From positions 1 through 58,570 of the forward strand of contig JBMFSH010000017.1 of NCBI GenBank assembly GCA_049967655.1: a DNA stretch of 58,570 bases, read 5' to 3'. Below, piece by piece: positions 54,644 through 58,570 of this stretch. Under the pieces are notes generated by a model. The model did not search any database, had not been told where the DNA came from, and saw nothing but the letters and a program-made list of their open reading frames with translations. The position numbers were made by a program, and so were the translations under genes. Position 1 is the first letter of the stretch, and each line of letters opens with the position of its first letter. Source of the stretch: Acidobacteriota bacterium. Its GTDB lineage: Bacteria; Acidobacteriota; UBA4820; DSQY01.

Positions 54644-56973
54644 GCCGCGGAAGGACGCCGCCGAAGTCCGCTCAGGGCGCTTCCGATGATGAACAACGTG
54701 GTCAGGAGCGAGACGGCTCCGGGGATGTAGACGTGCCAAGGCCGGTAGGCGAACCGGACCTCGTGCTTCCCCGCCGGCACAAGCACCCCTCGAAAGCAGC
54801 CGTTGACCCGGTAGATAGGGACGCGGTGACCGTCCACGGTGGCCCGCCAGCCGGGATACCAGGAATCCCTCAGAACCAGCAGCGCCTCGCGCGGAGCCTC
54901 CGCCGCGATGGTCACGGTCTCCGCCCCATCGCGAACAAATGTCAGGCGACCTCCCACCACCGGACCCTCCGGCCAAGTGCTCGGCGCCGGCTGTCCCATC
55001 GTCTCCACCAGGGCTACGCCGTCGCTTCCCTTCCCCAGATTCCAGAGCTGTTCTGCGATCGGGTGACTGGAAACCAAGGCGGCCGTTTCCCACGCGAAGA
55101 AGAGCCTTCCCACCGCGCCGGGCAGCGCATACGCCGCGCTTCCTGAAGCCACTGCCTCAGGAGGGCCGAGCCCCGCCTTGTCGCCTTCGGGCGCCAGCAG
55201 GAGGGACGCGCCCGTCTGACGCAGCAGCAAGGTGGCTGGCATTCGAAAGGCGATGAGGGTTGGTGGTGCAGGCGGCGTGAAGAAGAGCTGAAAATACCGC
55301 CCCAGGAAGAAGACGGCGTTCAGGTCGGCACAGCGCACGCCGTAGGCCGAGCCCTCGTTTGGCGGAATGACAAAGCCCTGACTGACGGGAGAGACCGTCC
55401 GGTCGTGGGGATGCTGCCGCCTGATCCACCCCATGAGGCCTCCCCTTTGAAAGCTCATCGTGTTCCAATCCAAGTGGTTCAGGGAGAGGGGGAAGGCCGA
55501 GGGCAGGGTGACTAGCAAGCTAAGCAGCAAGATCCCCAGCGCCCCGGGCTTTCTGCGCATGGCGAAAAGAAGGGCCACGAGCCCCAATCCCAGGAGGACC
55601 ATGGCCAGCACGGGGAAGCGGCTTTGTTGCGAGACGGGCAGCGGCAAGGCGGAGATAAGCAGGGCGTCGCACGCATAGGCCAGAATGCCCGCCGACGCGA
55701 AGATCCATTGGGCTTCCCTGCGGCCCACGAGCAAGGCCTCCAGACCCGCAGGGGCCAGAAAAGCGATACACGTCCAGAGGAGCCCCTTGAAGTAGACGAG
55801 CGGCACGGCGAAGAGGTGGGCCTGGAGGAACCGCTGGGCCGTATATCCCACCCACGGCAGGGGCATGATCAGAAACAGCACCAATGCCAAGGCGAGCATC
55901 CAAAAAACGACGCGACCCCTTCGCACGATCAAAGCCGCGCCGACGAGGCCCACGACGGCAGGAGCAATGAAAAGGTCCGAAGCCAGCGTGAAGAGCCCCT
56001 CCCACGAATAGGGCACAACGACGCTGACCACGAGTTTCTTGTACGAGAACCCATACCCATAGAGCCGTATCAGGGGCGCCCAGTGGATGGAGAGCGCGAG
56101 GGCGGAGAGCAGGCCCACTTCTCCCAGGACACCGATGCGTCGCAACCATCCTCTTCGACCCCCTCCTTCGGAGTCACCGAGCACCAGGAAGTGGGCCGAC
56201 GCCACGAGAGTGGCCACCAGGCACGGTTCTGGCTCTCCCACGTTGCCCATGATGACGAAGGGCAAGGCGGCCAGCGCCACGCTCTTCAGGTTCCCCCACT
56301 TGGCTTGGTGGAGGCCGAGCAATGCCCAAGGCAGCAGGAAGAAGGCGAAGGGATCCAGGATGGTGAGCCGGTCTAGCACCCACGGGTTGACCACGAAGAG
56401 AGCCGCGCCCAACATTGCCATCGGGGGCTGGCAAATCCCTCGTCGCGACCAGAGATAGGCGCCCACGGCCCCCAGCGGCAGGCCCAAAAACAGCGTCAGG
56501 CAGTAGGTCCAGTAGGTGGGAAAGAGATAGAACAGCCACCTCAGCGGGTTGAATGGGCGATATTGCCCGCTGTCGAAGGTCGGGTAGCCGCATCCGGAAT
56601 AGGGGTCCCAAAGAGGTAGGCAACCCTTACGAAGCCTCTGCGCGGTGAAATAATCTCCTGAGAAAAAGCCCGACAGGTGCCCGAAATCCATGTCGGACAC
56701 CCAGGGGATGACCCGCTTTCTCGCAAAGAAGGCCTCGTCCACCTTGAGCGGGACGCCGTTGTTTCGAGCGTCTGCCCATCCCCAATTGGGATAGCGAGCG
56801 AAGGGCAGGAAGTTCTCTCCGGCAAAGAGGGGCAGGAAGGCTATAGCCATGAGAAGCCCCAGGACCGCCGCCGCGCCCACCGTCTCGCGGCGCTTCGCGG
56901 GGAGCTCCGCCCAGCGTCCGCGCCACCGGCGCCATTTAGCCCCAAGGAAGGACTGCTCTTCGCTACTAACCAT
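54622..56973 (-). CDS. YfhO-family membrane protein
   Basis: PLWDPYSGCGYP, many TM helices, C-terminal LVLRDSWYPGWRATVDG...VPAGKHEVRFAYRP. Confidence 0.8.
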   Translation of the reverse strand: MVSSEEQSFLGAKWRRWRGRWAELPAKRRETVGAAAVLGLLMAIAFLPLFAGENFLPFARYPNWGWADARNNGVPLKVDEAFFARKRVIPWVSDMDFGHLSGFFSGDYFTAQRLRKGCLPLWDPYSGCGYPTFDSGQYRPFNPLRWLFYLFPTYWTYCLTLFLGLPLGAVGAYLWSRRGICQPPMAMLGAALFVVNPWVLDRLTILDPFAFFLLPWALLGLHQAKWGNLKSVALAALPFVIMGNVGEPEPCLVATLVASAHFLVLGDSEGGGRRGWLRRIGVLGEVGLLSALALSIHWAPLIRLYGYGFSYKKLVVSVVVPYSWEGLFTLASDLFIAPAVVGLVGAALIVRRGRVVFWMLALALVLFLIMPLPWVGYTAQRFLQAHLFAVPLVYFKGLLWTCIAFLAPAGLEALLVGRREAQWIFASAGILAYACDALLISALPLPVSQQSRFPVLAMVLLGLGLVALLFAMRRKPGALGILLLSLLVTLPSAFPLSLNHLDWNTMSFQRGGLMGWIRRQHPHDRTVSPVSQGFVIPPNEGSAYGVRCADLNAVFFLGRYFQLFFTPPAPPTLIAFRMPATLLLRQTGASLLLAPEGDKAGLGPPEAVASGSAAYALPGAVGRLFFAWETAALVSSHPIAEQLWNLGKGSDGVALVETMGQPAPSTWPEGPVVGGRLTFVRDGAETVTIAAEAPREALLVLRDSWYPGWRATVDGHRVPIYRVNGCFRGVLVPAGKHEVRFAYRPWHVYIPGAVSLLTTLFIIGSALSGLRRRPSAAHLPEGS

Positions 56974-57082
56974 GCTCCTCGCCGCCTATCGCTCCACGGC
57001 GCGCCTCCTTACGTTCCCTCAAAGCAAGGAGCACCAGCCGAGCCGAGGACGCCATCATCCATCATCAGTCCATCATCCATCA

Positions 57083-58570
57083 TCACTTCTCCTCGTGGTA
57101 CTCCTGCTCGGTGTTGACGGCCCAGAGGTTCTCCTTGGAGGTGATCCCGGCGAGGATGTTGTCCACGGCGGTCATGGCGCAGAGCATGGAGTGGTCCTGG
57201 TTGTTGTACTTGTGCATGCCGTTGCGGCCGATGGGGTAGAGATTTTCGATACCATCCAGGAAACTTCGGATGACGTCGAAGCGATCGTACGTGCCGAAGT
57301 AGGCCGGGTAGGTCTTGGGCTGACGGATCACCACGCGGTCGAGCACCTGATCGGGCTCGATCACGCCGATGGCGGCCAGTTCTCTCACCGCCAGCTCCCC
57401 GATGGCCCCGTCCGTCATGCCCCAGAAGTCGTCCCCCTCATTGCAGAAATATTCCACGCCCATCCAGACCGTGCTGGGATCGGCCACCAGGTAGGGACTC
57501 CAGTTGTTGAAGAGCTGGAGGCGGCCGATCTTCACGTCGGGCTCCTGGATGTAGATCCAGTTGTCGGGGATGATGCCGTTCACCGTAGGAATCCGGCTCT
57601 CGTTCTTGATCTTCAGCTTGCGCAGGAGCACGCCCACGGTGACGAAGTCGCGGTAGACCAAACCCGCCGCCACCTCGGCCGCTTCCGCCGGCACGGCGCT
57701 CCCCATGGCCGCCACCAGGTCCTTGACGGCCATGGTGGAGAAGAAGAGGTCACCCGACATCTCGTGCCGCTCTCTCGTGAGCGCATCTTCCGTAACCACC
57801 GCCTCGATGCGCCCTGGCGACCACCGGACACCGACCACCTTCTGGTTCAGCCGCACCTCGCCGCCCGCCGCCGCCACCTGGGCGGCCACCGTCTCCCACA
57901 TCTGTCCCGGCCCGAGCTTGGGGTAGAGGAAGCGCTCGATGAGACTCGTCTGGGTGCCTTTCTGGGCGATGCCGCCGCGGCTCCGGAAGGGCTTGGCCAG
58001 CGCGTGGAGGAGGGCGCTCCATACCGAGAGCCCCTTCACCCGCTGGGCGCCCCACTCGGGCTTGATGACGGAGCACGGCACGCCCCACACCTTCTCGGTG
58101 TAATCGCGAAAGAAGGTGTTGTAGAGCTCCCGGCCGAAGCGGTTGACGAAGAAGTCCTCCAAGGAGCGCTCCTCGCGTATGGGGAAGAGCGAGGCCCACA
58201 GGTAGCTGGAGCCGATACGCACCAGCCGCACGGGGCCAAGCTTGCGCAGTGTGTCCAGGCTGAGGGTGATGGGGTAGCTGAAGAAGCGGCGAAGAAAGAG
58301 GATCCGTGACAGGCGCTGGCGCACCAGCATGACGAGCTTCTCGCGTTCGGGGTCGGGGGCCGGCCGAGACACCGCCTCGCCTCGGAGCGCGCGCGTCCTG
58401 GCCTCCTTCGCCAGGGGGATCTCCCGGCCCAGAAGCCGGTCGTCCCGTGACGGCGCCCCCTGCATGGGCAGCACGTTCTGCCACCACTCCATCACCCGGT
58501 CCGACTTCGAGAAGAAGCGGTGGCCGCCGATGTCCATCCGGTTCCCCTTGTGGACCACCGTCCGCGCGAT
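57083..58570 (-). CDS. FAD-dependent oxidoreductase (UDP-galactopyranose mutase/protoporphyrinogen oxidase-like); 5' end outside the window
   Basis: [45 protein letters not shown]; frame is open to the window end. Confidence 0.85.
   Translation of the reverse strand: MARTVVHKGNRMDIGGHRFFSKSDRVMEWWQNVLPMQGAPSRDDRLLGREIPLAKEARTRALRGEAVSRPAPDPEREKLVMLVRQRLSRILFLRRFFSYPITLSLDTLRKLGPVRLVRIGSSYLWASLFPIREERSLEDFFVNRFGRELYNTFFRDYTEKVWGVPCSVIKPEWGAQRVKGLSVWSALLHALAKPFRSRGGIAQKGTQTSLIERFLYPKLGPGQMWETVAAQVAAAGGEVRLNQKVVGVRWSPGRIEAVVTEDALTRERHEMSGDLFFSTMAVKDLVAAMGSAVPAEAAEVAAGLVYRDFVTVGVLLRKLKIKNESRIPTVNGIIPDNWIYIQEPDVKIGRLQLFNNWSPYLVADPSTVWMGVEYFCNEGDDFWGMTDGAIGELAVRELAAIGVIEPDQVLDRVVIRQPKTYPAYFGTYDRFDVIRSFLDGIENLYPIGRNGMHKYNNQDHSMLCAMTAVDNILAGITSKENLWAVNTEQEYHEEK

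Overview
High-GC, gene-dense bacterial chromosome segment from a diderm, probably anaerobic or facultative organism. The gene content would fit Acidobacteriota, but that is inference. In order it carries: glutamate-cysteine ligase; a FlhG/MinD-J-like-HTH fusion; tRNA-Arg(ACG) followed by an integrase remnant and a HEPN/MNT toxin-antitoxin pair; a minimal bacterial microcompartment locus (class II aldolase, 1 BMC-H, 3 BMC-P, a Cys-rich unknown protein); envelope and housekeeping genes (waaF-like, lpxH-like, rlpA, lolA-like, ttcA, purH, icd, selA); a PilB paralogue with degenerate catalytic motifs and an 8-Cys N-terminal domain, bracketed by long inverted repeats; a 2-oxoacid:ferredoxin oxidoreductase operon joined to a NuoEFG/HydABC-like module; a type IV pilus pilB-pilT-pilC/pilS-pilR cluster; and a surface glycosylation cluster. 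The most striking non-coding signal is that most larger intergenic gaps hold short 7-9-mer tandem repeats with a consistent polarity (purine-rich arm left, pyrimidine-rich arm right). Several GTAG-led REP-like palindromes, longer dispersed repeats and a 261-bp MITE with a target-site duplication are also present. No CRISPR array or intact transposase was seen. All protein calls are by motif recognition only; no searches were run.
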